Of a stretch of 64,000 nt of DNA, positions 1 through 8,422 are shown piece by piece. Location: NCBI GenBank assembly GCA_963713045.1, contig CAVQKE010000001.1, positions 96,001-160,000 of the forward strand, written 5' to 3'. Both the position numbers and the translations under genes were made by a program. A model generated the notes under the pieces. That model was not told where the DNA came from. It ran no database searches and saw only the letters and a list, made by a program, of their open reading frames with translations. This stretch comes from an uncultured delta proteobacterium (GTDB lineage Bacteria; Myxococcota; Myxococcia; Myxococcales; Myxococcaceae). The first letter of the stretch is position 1. Each line of letters begins with the position of its first letter.

Positions 1-167
1 ACCCGGGCGTCCGGCCTGTTTGTCCCAGTCTGCGGCCATGAAAAACGGCTCCCACCAGCAGGCCAAGGCCCCTGCTCAAAAGAGGAAAGCTTGCAACGCA
101 TCCAGAGCCACAGCAAGAGGCGCTTCACGTCTAGTATCCGCCGCTCCTCGCAGTCCCCCCCACGGCC

Positions 168-437
168 ATGACCTGCCCCCACCTCAAAGACATCAAGAAG
201 GTCCGCCCCAGCTCCGACGGATGTGAGGACTGCCTGCGCATAGGCGACACGTGGGTGCACCTCCGCCTCTGCCTTTCCTGCGGTCACGTCGGGTGCTGTG
301 ACTCCTCAAAAAACAAGCACGCCACCAAGCACTTCCATGCGGGGCACCACCCGGTGATGCGCTCGGTTGAGCCGGGAGAGACGTGGGGCTGGTGTTACGT
401 CGACGAACTGATGTTCGACCCAATGCCGAAGCACTGA
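168..437 (+). CDS. UBP-type zinc finger domain protein
   Basis: CPH...CEDC...WVHLRLCLSCGHVGCCDSSKNKHATKH...WCYVDE is the bacterial zf-UBP pattern. Confidence 0.9.
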   Translation: MTCPHLKDIKKVRPSSDGCEDCLRIGDTWVHLRLCLSCGHVGCCDSSKNKHATKHFHAGHHPVMRSVEPGETWGWCYVDELMFDPMPKH

Positions 438-469
438 TTATTGAGTGGCTTGTCGCCGATTGGCGTCGC

Positions 470-915
470 TTAGGGCGTCTGGGATTCCAACTGCTTTTTC
501 GCCGCCTGACGCTCGCGCTCCTGGTCGGCGATCAGCCGGTAGGCAACGCCGGGATCAGCTCGCCGCGCGCAACCGGGATGAAGATGACTCTGACCCTCAG
601 CGACTGCGAGTCCTGCTTACCATTGATGTCGGCCTCGAAGGCTTTGAGCAACTCATGGCTGAGTCCGCGCTGCGAGCCTCGATCGACGAAATAACAAGTC
701 CGGCTGTACACCACCAGCGCCCGTAGGACGCTGCGGCGCTGGATGACGTCCCAGTCACCGGTAAAGGCAGGCAACTCCGCCGGTAAGTCCCCGTCGATGC
801 CGGCGTCAGGACTGCCAGCGCCCACTGGGGATTCTGCACGCCCGGGCTGCGCGGCCAGCAGGCTTACTCCCACCAAGACGCCGACCGCCCGCACCATCTG
901 TCGAAAAACGACCAC
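470..915 (-). pseudogene. MltF-like (solute-binding domain + lytic transglycosylase) gene with large internal deletion
   Basis: N-terminus (signal peptide, FTGDWDVIQRRSVLRALVVYSRTCYFVDRGSQRGLSHELLKAFE...VIFIPVARGELIPAL) is joined out of frame at ~545 to a family-like C-terminus AYRLIADQERERQAAKKQLESQTP* ending at 470. Confidence 0.65.
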
Positions 916-998
916 ACCCGTACCTTCACGCGACGTCCCATTGACGCTCGAACTGGCTCCAGCTCAGGCTTGGCCGCTGCTCAGCCCGGAGGTTTCCC

Positions 999-1457
999 AT
1001 GGCTCAAGTCAATGCGGTTCCTGCAGGCATGCATTCCATCACCCCGGCGCTCAGTCTCGAGGGTGCCGCGGACGCCATTGGCTTTTTGACGCGCGCTTTT
1101 GGCGCCGAGGAAGTCACGCGGGCCATGGACCCAAGTGGGAAAAAAGTGTGGCACGCGGTGGTCCGCATCGGCGACTCCGTCATCTTCCTCAACGACACCT
1201 CCCCGGACATGGCGCCGAAGCCCGTCACGGCAAGGCTGTGGCTGTATGGAGACAACGTCGATGCCGCTTTCAAGCGCGCGACGGAGGCCGGTGCGGTCGC
1301 CAAGATGCCGCCGGCGGACATGTTCTGGGGAGACCGGATAGCCGAGGTGCACGACCGCTGGGGGAACGTCTGGATGTTGGCCCAGCACATGCGCGACTTG
1401 ACGCCTGCTGAGATGAAGAAGGCCCAGGACGCCTTCGTCGCCAGCATGAAGAAGTAG
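999..1457 (+). CDS. VOC/glyoxalase family protein (PhnB-like)
   Basis: HSITPAL...AIGFLTRAFGAEE...DMFWGDR...DRWGNVW motifs; GGAGG RBS. Confidence 0.9.
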   Translation: MAQVNAVPAGMHSITPALSLEGAADAIGFLTRAFGAEEVTRAMDPSGKKVWHAVVRIGDSVIFLNDTSPDMAPKPVTARLWLYGDNVDAAFKRATEAGAVAKMPPADMFWGDRIAEVHDRWGNVWMLAQHMRDLTPAEMKKAQDAFVASMKK

Positions 1458-1472
1458 CGCGCCGTCGTTTTG

Positions 1473-1517
1473 CCCCTGGGCGACTCTTCAACGCCCGCCG
1501 TCGTCGTCGCCCAGGGG
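1473..1517. terminator. 12-bp inverted repeat between convergent genes, probable terminator
   Basis: CCCCTGGGCGAC (1473-1484) / GTCGCCCAGGGG (1506-1517); no long U tract. Confidence 0.45.
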
Positions 1518-1569
1518 TGCTCCCGCCTCCACTCCCCGACCAGCGCCGTTCACTTTCGCGCTCGAATCC

Positions 1570-2898
1570 CTAAGCGGAGTCGGTCGCGATGAGCCATTTC
1601 TCCGCACGCACGTACCGCAGGAGTTCGTCTATCGGCGGCTGTAGACGCAGTTGCTCGACGCCGATGAGACCAGGCCCGGAAAGCTCGAACACCGCATCGG
1701 CCTGCCCCCCGAGCTCCGCTCGGCAGACCTCGACTGGAACCGCCGAGACATAAAGTCTCACGTTGTCGGCAAGGAGCTTTCCAAGCCCCTCCAGCATCTT
1801 CCCTGGAAGGGCGAGGTACTCGTCCTGCACGAGGAGTTTGGCCAGGGCCGAAACGCCCATTGCCAGGCGGATGGGTTCCGAGGTGAAGCGCCTCAGGAAC
1901 TGGACCAGACGGTAGCCTTGAGCCAAGTCGGTGACAGCAACGGCTCCCAACTCCACCAGCCTCTCAACCCGCGCAAGCAGCTCACTGTCTGGCGTGGGCA
2001 CGCCTGGCTCATCCTTCAGAGCCATGTCGATGACGGTAGTGACCGAGTTTTTGGTGTCCGGGAATTCTTTCTGAAACTGACGTTCCGCAGCTTTCAGCAG
2101 GTCCGTTTGAAATGGAGAAACGGAATCAAAGCGACCGCTCTCGACGATGAGCGGTCGCTTTCTCAGCACCGAGGCGGGCTCCACCACGCGCCCACTCCGG
2201 TCAAAGACCACGGCATGGCACATCTGCTGGCGTAGCGAGCGGATGCACCACAACCGTGCATCGACATTGTTGAAGGCTGCCCCGCTCAGCTCGATGACGT
2301 CCAGCTCGAGGTTCTCTCGAGATAGCCCCTCGAAGAGCGAGGTGAGGAACTCAGCAGAGGAGTTCCGGTGGTGGTAGGCCGCATCGATGAGGTTGACGCC
2401 CAAAAGTCCCAGCGATTCGCTCTGTTGCGTTGCCGTCGCATCGCGAAGCTGCACATGAAGGAGGATGTCGCTCGGAGTCCCGCCGGGTTCAACCTCGAAC
2501 CGGAGCCCCATCCAACCGTGTTGATGATTGTCGCCTTTGAAATTCCTCGCAGCGACGGTATCGGCGAAGGAAAAATATCGAGCGCTGGCGCTTCGAGTCG
2601 GACCAAGCTCGTTTCGGAGCAGCGAGTACTCGCGTTCGAGCATCGACAATAGCCGCTCCCGAGATACATAGCGCGTCCCCTTCCCGTAGCGGTCGTCACT
2701 GAAGGCCTTGTCATAGGCGCAAATGGTCTGTGCAACGGTTCCCGAAGCGGCTCCCACCAGAAGAAACCACTGCGCAACGTCCTGACCCGCGCCAATCTCG
2801 GCAAACGTCCCGTAGATGCTCGGGTCTAAGTTAAGCGCCAGTGCCTTCGAATGTGCCTTGGAGGCTGCTGTTTTGGTGTCATCCAACTTAGAGGCCAT
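1570..2898 (-). CDS. Conserved cytoplasmic protein of uncertain function (family commonly labelled nicotinate-nucleotide adenylyltransferase-like)
   Basis: KALALNLDPSIYGTFAEIGAGQ...AYDKAFSDDRYG...RYVSRERL...FADTVAARNF...HGWMGLRF signature; no signal peptide. Confidence 0.7.
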   Translation of the reverse strand: MASKLDDTKTAASKAHSKALALNLDPSIYGTFAEIGAGQDVAQWFLLVGAASGTVAQTICAYDKAFSDDRYGKGTRYVSRERLLSMLEREYSLLRNELGPTRSASARYFSFADTVAARNFKGDNHQHGWMGLRFEVEPGGTPSDILLHVQLRDATATQQSESLGLLGVNLIDAAYHHRNSSAEFLTSLFEGLSRENLELDVIELSGAAFNNVDARLWCIRSLRQQMCHAVVFDRSGRVVEPASVLRKRPLIVESGRFDSVSPFQTDLLKAAERQFQKEFPDTKNSVTTVIDMALKDEPGVPTPDSELLARVERLVELGAVAVTDLAQGYRLVQFLRRFTSEPIRLAMGVSALAKLLVQDEYLALPGKMLEGLGKLLADNVRLYVSAVPVEVCRAELGGQADAVFELSGPGLIGVEQLRLQPPIDELLRYVRAEKWLIATDSA

Positions 2899-2983
2899 GC
2901 GCTGTTCCTTAGCAAATTCGTCATTCCGACGCCGGCTCGGAGGGCGCTATCCTCCCTGGGCTGCCCGACCGGCTCCATCCGCC

Positions 2984-3400
2984 ATGCCTAGTCGCCCCTT
3001 CCATCACGCCTTTGCAGTGAAGGACCTCCCTTCCACCCGCTCCTTCTATGGAGAGCTGCTCGGATGTCAGGAGGGTCGGTCGACCGACACCTGGGTGGAT
3101 TTTGATTTTTTTGGAAACCAAATCTCTGCCCACCTGGGCCGGCCCTCTTCCCTGGGGGCGGTGGGCCTGGTGGAGGCCGTCGAGGTCCCCATTCCGCATT
3201 TCGGCGCGTTGCTCGAGTGGAGGGAGTTTCAAGTCCTCGCCTCTCGGCTGGAGCGGGCCGGACTGACCTTCCTGATTCGGCCCTCGATTCGCTACGTTGG
3301 AGAACCCGCTGAGCAAGCCACGATGTTTTTTCTCGACCCGAGTGGGAATGCCCTGGAACTGAAGGCGTTCCGCAACCCCTCGGCAGCTTTCGCCCGATGA
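2984..3400 (+). CDS. VOC family glyoxalase/extradiol-dioxygenase-like protein
   Basis: PFHHAFAV...FYGELLGC.EGRS...WVDFDFFGNQISAH...PHFG...EQATMFFLDPSGNALELK; ATG at 2984; ATGA overlap with next gene. Confidence 0.9.
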   Translation: MPSRPFHHAFAVKDLPSTRSFYGELLGCQEGRSTDTWVDFDFFGNQISAHLGRPSSLGAVGLVEAVEVPIPHFGALLEWREFQVLASRLERAGLTFLIRPSIRYVGEPAEQATMFFLDPSGNALELKAFRNPSAAFAR

Positions 3401-4527
3401 GGGCGGACGTGGTGGTCATCGGGGGTGGCGTCGTCGGTAGCAGCGTTGCATTCCACCTGGCAACGGCGGGCACCTGGCGCGTCACTGTGGTCGACCGCGG
3501 AGGGGGCAGCACCGAGCGCGCGACGGGCGGCTTTCGAGCGCAGTTCGCAACCGAAGTCAACGTTCGCCTCTCTCTCCTTTCCCTAAGGAAGCTGCGCTCT
3601 TTTGCCGACGAGACCGGTGTCGAGCCTGGGTACAGCCCGAGCGGCTACCTCTTCGTCGCCGCGACGGGGTCACAGCTACAGCGGCTGCGCGCGGCCATCA
3701 GCGTGCAGCGAGGCGCTGGCTATGACGCCGCATGCGAGCTCTCCCCCCAAGAAGTCCTCCACTGCAACCCAGCCTTAGCGCCAGAAGACATCGCCGGCGG
3801 GACGTTTTCCAAGACGGACGGCTTTCTCCGTCCGACCGAGATTCAGCGCGGTTACCGCGAAGCAGCTGGCCGTCTTGGCGTTCGTTTCCTCCAATCGACA
3901 GTCCGCAGCGTTCGTCGCACAGGCGACCGCCTCGTCGAGGTTCGCACCGACAGGGAGAGACTGCCCTGTGGAGCAGTCGTTAATGCCGCTGGTCCGTGGG
4001 CCGCAGAAGTGGCGCGGCTCGCTCGAGTCGAGGTCCCGGTAACGCCCCTGCGACGCCAAGTGGCAGTCACGTCCTCGACGGATGCACTTCCGGAGCTCAT
4101 GCCGATGACGGTGTTCGCGGATGGATTCCACTGCCGAGTGAGGGACGGGCGGGTGCTGCTGCTTCAACCCAGCGCCCCGTCGATGGACCCATTCGACGTG
4201 TCCGTCGACCGGGCTTGGGTGGAGTCGGTGCTCGCCGTGGCTCGTGTCCGAGTGCCTTGCCTCGCAAGCGTCCCAGTCGCTTCCACTTACGCCGGACTTT
4301 ATGAAATGTCGCCGGACGAGCACGCGCTGCTCGGTCTCGCCGACGGCCTAGAAAACTTTTGGCTCGTCAACGGCTCATCTGGCCACGGCGTCATGCACGC
4401 ACCGGCCCTGGGCCAGCTGGCCGCAGAGCTGATGACGCTTGGGGAGGCACGGAGTCTCAACGTGTCGGCGCTACGGCCGAGCCGCTTCCGAGAAGGTCAG
4501 CCGAATCCGGTTCGTTCATTGCTCTGA
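3397..4527 (+). CDS. FAD-dependent oxidoreductase (sarcosine oxidase beta/DadA family)
   Basis: VVVIGGGVVG dinucleotide fold, VVNAAGPWA, AGLYEMSPD, GSSGHGVMHAPALG. Confidence 0.9.
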   Translation: MRADVVVIGGGVVGSSVAFHLATAGTWRVTVVDRGGGSTERATGGFRAQFATEVNVRLSLLSLRKLRSFADETGVEPGYSPSGYLFVAATGSQLQRLRAAISVQRGAGYDAACELSPQEVLHCNPALAPEDIAGGTFSKTDGFLRPTEIQRGYREAAGRLGVRFLQSTVRSVRRTGDRLVEVRTDRERLPCGAVVNAAGPWAAEVARLARVEVPVTPLRRQVAVTSSTDALPELMPMTVFADGFHCRVRDGRVLLLQPSAPSMDPFDVSVDRAWVESVLAVARVRVPCLASVPVASTYAGLYEMSPDEHALLGLADGLENFWLVNGSSGHGVMHAPALGQLAAELMTLGEARSLNVSALRPSRFREGQPNPVRSLL

Positions 4528-4562
4528 CGAACGGCCTCGTGTCGCGGCAAGCCGGCGCGCCG

Positions 4563-6797
4563 TCAAGCTCCCTTCAAGCTCGGCTTAAACGCGGCCAGCA
4601 CCTTCTCAGGAGTAAAGGGTACGGACCGGACGCGTGCTCCGACTGCGTCGTTGATGGCGTTGGCAATCGCTGCCGGCACCACGGCCGCTGTCGGCTCACC
4701 GGCACCCCAAGGCTTCTCGTGTGGTCGATCGATGAGGTCAATCACCACCTTCGGGGCGTCGGGGAACCTCAGGATGGGGTAGCTCGCCCAATCGAGACTG
4801 GTCACTCGTGAGCGGTTAAACGTCAGCCGTTCGATGAGTGTGCGACTGACGGTTTGTACGACGTTTCCTTCAATTTGATTGCGGAGCCCGTCGGGGTTGA
4901 TGATTTGGCCGCAGTCGTGTGCGACGTAAAAGCGCTTGACGTGGACGGCCCCGGTGCTGGTGTCGACCACGACGTCGGCGACCGCACCCACATAGGTGCG
5001 CACCAACTCGTATTTCACGTACGCCACGCCTCGTCCGCTCGCCATCGGTCCATCGGCGTTGTTTCGTCCGCCCACCCGGGGCTTCCAGCTGGCGAGCTTC
5101 ACCAGCCGGTCGAGGAGCTCCAGACCGCGCGGATCCTTGAGAAGACGCCGGCGGTACTCGATGGGGTCGACTCCCGCAGCAGCCGCACACTCGTCGATGA
5201 AAGACTCGTTGCCGAACGTATTCTGCATTCTCCCCGGCGTGCGAATCCACGACGGGCGAAGCGGCGTCTCAGCGAGCCAGTGCGCAGTCGCCTTGATGTG
5301 CGGAACTCCATACGGAATGGCGAGTGACGCTTGGATGTTTCCAGGGTGTGCCGGATCTGTCGGTAGCCCAGCAAGCTCGGCCGCAACGAGCGGCACGACA
5401 ATCTTCGCGGGGCGGTTTGGAATGAAGGCCTCCGACTCCCAAGCGACGAGGGAACCGTTTGCGTCGAGTGCGGCGCGAAAGTCGAGCAGGGTAGGCGGCC
5501 CCTTGGGATCCCAGCCGTGCTCGTCCGCGCGGCTCCACTGAACGCGGATGGGCTTGGCCAGTTCCTGAGCGATCAGCACCGCATCGGCGGCTGCGTCCTC
5601 GTGACCGTTACGGCCATAGCAACCAGAGCCATCGACATAAATGCAGCGAATGTCCACATCCTTCATGGTCAACATCTGCGCGAGCTGATGTCGCAGCAGG
5701 TGCGTTGCCTGGGACGCACTCCAACAAGTGAGCTTCCCGTCCTTGAACTCGGCGACTGCACAGGACGGCCCGATGGAACCGTGCGTGTGCATCGCGAAGT
5801 CGTAGGTAGCGCTCAATTTCTTGGGATAGTTTTTGACCGCCTCCGAGGCGTTACCAGCTGACTGAAGCACTTCGACCTTCGCGACTTTGCTGGCCCGGAC
5901 GAATTCCCAGAGTTTCGCTTCATCGGGGAGGCCCTGCCAGTCGGACCAAGTCGCCTTCAGCGCGGCGGCTGCCTGGATAGCCCCCCATTCTGTCTTCGCC
6001 GCGACTGCGAGAAAGTTTCCCTTGCGAATCGTCGCCACGTAGCCAGGAACCAGCTTGGCCGCCGCGTCATCGACGCTGAGGAGGGTCGCTTTGATGCCTT
6101 GCGGGCGGACCACCCGGGCGTGCAGCATGCCCGGAAGCCTGAAGTCCTGCATGTATGTGAAGCGGCCGGTGACCTTTCCCGGAATGTCCAGCCTGGGCAC
6201 CGGTGTCCCGACAATGCTGTACTGAGATGGGTCCTTCAGCGGCGCCTTGGGGTCTACCTTCAGTGAAAGCTTCTGCCCTCCGATGAGTGCGCCGTAAGCA
6301 ACGCTCTTCCCTGTACTCTTGGCAACGACTCGACCCGCCCGCACTTCGACATCCTCCCGCGGAACACCGAGGCGTTGAGCTCCTTGGGCCAGAAGGGCTT
6401 CCCGTGCTGTCGCCGCGGCCTGGCGAATCTGCATGCCGCCGTTTTGGATCGACAAGCTTCCAAAGGTTACTCCTTGGTCCGGCGTGAGCAGGGTGTCGCC
6501 TTGAATGACCTCGACACTCGCGAAGGGAATCGTTAATTCTTCGGCCGCTATTTGAGTGATTGCCGTGCGGACCCCGGTTCCCAGGTCAACTTTGCCTGAG
6601 AAAATCGTGACCTTGCCGTTCGCGGCAATTGAAATGAAACCATCGACTTCATCGAGGGCGACGGTCTTCCCCGCAGGTGCTGTCGGCGCGGAAGCGGCGG
6701 CGGCAGCTCGAGACGCGAGGTTTCCGAGCGAGAAGGTGATGACCAGCGAGCCAGAAGTCTTCAGAAAACCACGGCGCGTGAGGGTGGTAGTCGGCAT
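4563..6797 (-). CDS. Xanthine dehydrogenase family molybdopterin-binding subunit (IorB/NicB-like)
   Basis: Tat-like TRRGFLK, GKVDLGTG, SGCYGRNG, HDCGQIINPDGLRNQIEG, GAGEP; start ATG at 6797. Confidence 0.9.
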   Translation of the reverse strand: MPTTTLTRRGFLKTSGSLVITFSLGNLASRAAAAASAPTAPAGKTVALDEVDGFISIAANGKVTIFSGKVDLGTGVRTAITQIAAEELTIPFASVEVIQGDTLLTPDQGVTFGSLSIQNGGMQIRQAAATAREALLAQGAQRLGVPREDVEVRAGRVVAKSTGKSVAYGALIGGQKLSLKVDPKAPLKDPSQYSIVGTPVPRLDIPGKVTGRFTYMQDFRLPGMLHARVVRPQGIKATLLSVDDAAAKLVPGYVATIRKGNFLAVAAKTEWGAIQAAAALKATWSDWQGLPDEAKLWEFVRASKVAKVEVLQSAGNASEAVKNYPKKLSATYDFAMHTHGSIGPSCAVAEFKDGKLTCWSASQATHLLRHQLAQMLTMKDVDIRCIYVDGSGCYGRNGHEDAAADAVLIAQELAKPIRVQWSRADEHGWDPKGPPTLLDFRAALDANGSLVAWESEAFIPNRPAKIVVPLVAAELAGLPTDPAHPGNIQASLAIPYGVPHIKATAHWLAETPLRPSWIRTPGRMQNTFGNESFIDECAAAAGVDPIEYRRRLLKDPRGLELLDRLVKLASWKPRVGGRNNADGPMASGRGVAYVKYELVRTYVGAVADVVVDTSTGAVHVKRFYVAHDCGQIINPDGLRNQIEGNVVQTVSRTLIERLTFNRSRVTSLDWASYPILRFPDAPKVVIDLIDRPHEKPWGAGEPTAAVVPAAIANAINDAVGARVRSVPFTPEKVLAAFKPSLKGA

Positions 6798-6807
6798 TGG
6801 TAGCTCC

Positions 6808-7275
6808 CTAGGTGGCGGCCGCAGCCCGTTGAATCGCCCGGACGATGCGCACGTGCGTTCCGCAACGGCAGAGGTTGCCGGCGAGCTGGTCGCGTATCTC
6901 GTCCTCCGAGGGGCTCTTGTTCGAATCAAGGAGGGCCTTTGCCTGCATAATCATGCCGTTGATGCAGTAGCCGCATTGGACCGCTTGCTCCTCGATGAAG
7001 GCCTTTTGAAGCGGGTGCAGCTTCTCGGGAGTGCCCAGCCCCTCGAGAGTGAGGACGCGCTTCCCGACGACACTGGCCACTGGAGTCACGCAAGAGCGGA
7101 CGGCTGCACCGTTGACATGAACCGTGCACGCACCGCACTGCCCAAGGCCGCAGCCAAATCGCGGTCCGTGCAGCTCTAGGTCATTTCGAAGTGCGTAGAG
7201 GAGCGGCATCTGCGGGTCATCAATTCGGATTCTCGCAGTCTTGCCGTTGACATTTAGGGTGATGGTCATGGCCAT
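6808..7275 (-). CDS. (2Fe-2S)-binding small subunit (IorA/CoxS-like)
   Basis: FGCGLGQCGACTV...SC, QCGYC, NLCRC motifs; upstream of the Mo subunit. Confidence 0.92.
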   Translation of the reverse strand: MAMTITLNVNGKTARIRIDDPQMPLLYALRNDLELHGPRFGCGLGQCGACTVHVNGAAVRSCVTPVASVVGKRVLTLEGLGTPEKLHPLQKAFIEEQAVQCGYCINGMIMQAKALLDSNKSPSEDEIRDQLAGNLCRCGTHVRIVRAIQRAAAAT

Positions 7276-7607
7276 GGGCGCATCCCTCCCTCGATAGATG
7301 CCCGGTGACGCTAGGCAGCGCGCCGACGACTTTTCAATCAAGCGGGATTCCAATCGCACAACGCGATGCGTCCACTTGGCTGGCGGGAGGACCGCAACGG
7401 AAGCCGTCGACGGCGGTCGCTCGCGGGACTGCCACGTGGCCTTTCCGCAACCCCCGCTGGATAGGAAGTACTTCGAACGACCAAAGCAATTTCCAGTCAA
7501 TGTAGCTTAACGTCGCCTTTTTTTGCCTAAGTTTCGCCGCTCGACTTGATTTTCTCGTCGTGCGTAACCCAACCTGCTATTAAGGCTTTACACCTCCAAG
7601 GAGAACC

Positions 7608-7916
7608 ATGACCGTTCTTGATCTTTTGAAGGACCTGCTCCACCAGATGGAATCGTTGGTCGAGAGCAACGAGAAGCTTGAGCGCCGTCTGGGGGCTCTG
7701 AACGGTGTTTCCTACAAGACGAAGCGTGGTCCAGGTCGTCCACGCGGTTCAGGCAAGAAAGCCAGTTCCGGAAAGAAGCGCGGCCGTAAGAGCCGCTTCA
7801 CCTCCGAAATGATTGCCGACATCAAGAAGGCGCGGGCCAACGGAACCACCGTCGCAGAGCTGGCCAAGACACACAAGGCGAGCGGGCCGACGATTTACGC
7901 TCTTCTGCGAAAGTAA
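7608..7916 (+). CDS. Small basic DNA-binding protein: coiled coil + AT-hook-like motif + resolvase-type HTH
   Basis: AAGGAG RBS; KRGPGRPRGS; C-terminal GRKSRFT...ANGTTVAELAKTHKASGPTIYALL; AT-rich upstream region with TGcTATTAA extended -10-like element. Confidence 0.75.
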   Translation: MTVLDLLKDLLHQMESLVESNEKLERRLGALNGVSYKTKRGPGRPRGSGKKASSGKKRGRKSRFTSEMIADIKKARANGTTVAELAKTHKASGPTIYALLRK

Positions 7917-8067
7917 GCACCCTTCGGGGGGGGCCGCTGCCGCCGCGACGGGGCGAATGCGTGAGCCGCGCCAAGGGCCAGTCGCACTCCGTGTCCGGCC
8001 TTGCAGCGTCCGCGGCTCACGGAGGATGGTGGCACCGAAGGCGTCCTCGACGCGCTGGGTTTGTGAG

Positions 8068-8141
8068 CGCGCCCGGAGGGAATCGAACCCCCGACCTTCG
8101 GATTCGAAGTCCGACGCTCTATCCGATTGAGCTACGGGCGC
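8068..8141 (-). tRNA. tRNA-Arg(TCG)
   Basis: Cloverleaf GCGCCCG...TAGCTCAATCGGATAGAGC, anticodon loop CTTCGAA, GGTTCGATTCC; no encoded CCA. Confidence 0.95.
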
Positions 8142-8422
8142 TTGAGAAAACGCTTTGTCTGTCCGGCCCGAACTGAGAGAGCACCGGTGGAGCAGAGATA
8201 TCGCTCTTGGCCTTGGTCGTCTAGGGCATGCGCCCGCTGCAAGGAAGCAGCTCTCGCGGTTTGTCGTGGCGTCCGCTCATCACTCCGTCCGAGAACGCCG
8301 TCTTGCAGATGGCCCGGTCCCGACCAGTCCGACAGACGCCTGATTGCACGGGACATTGTTCGACGTACTCCGATGGGGGCACTCGTCCCTGAGTCCAGGC
8401 CATTCGCCGGCTGAAATGACTG

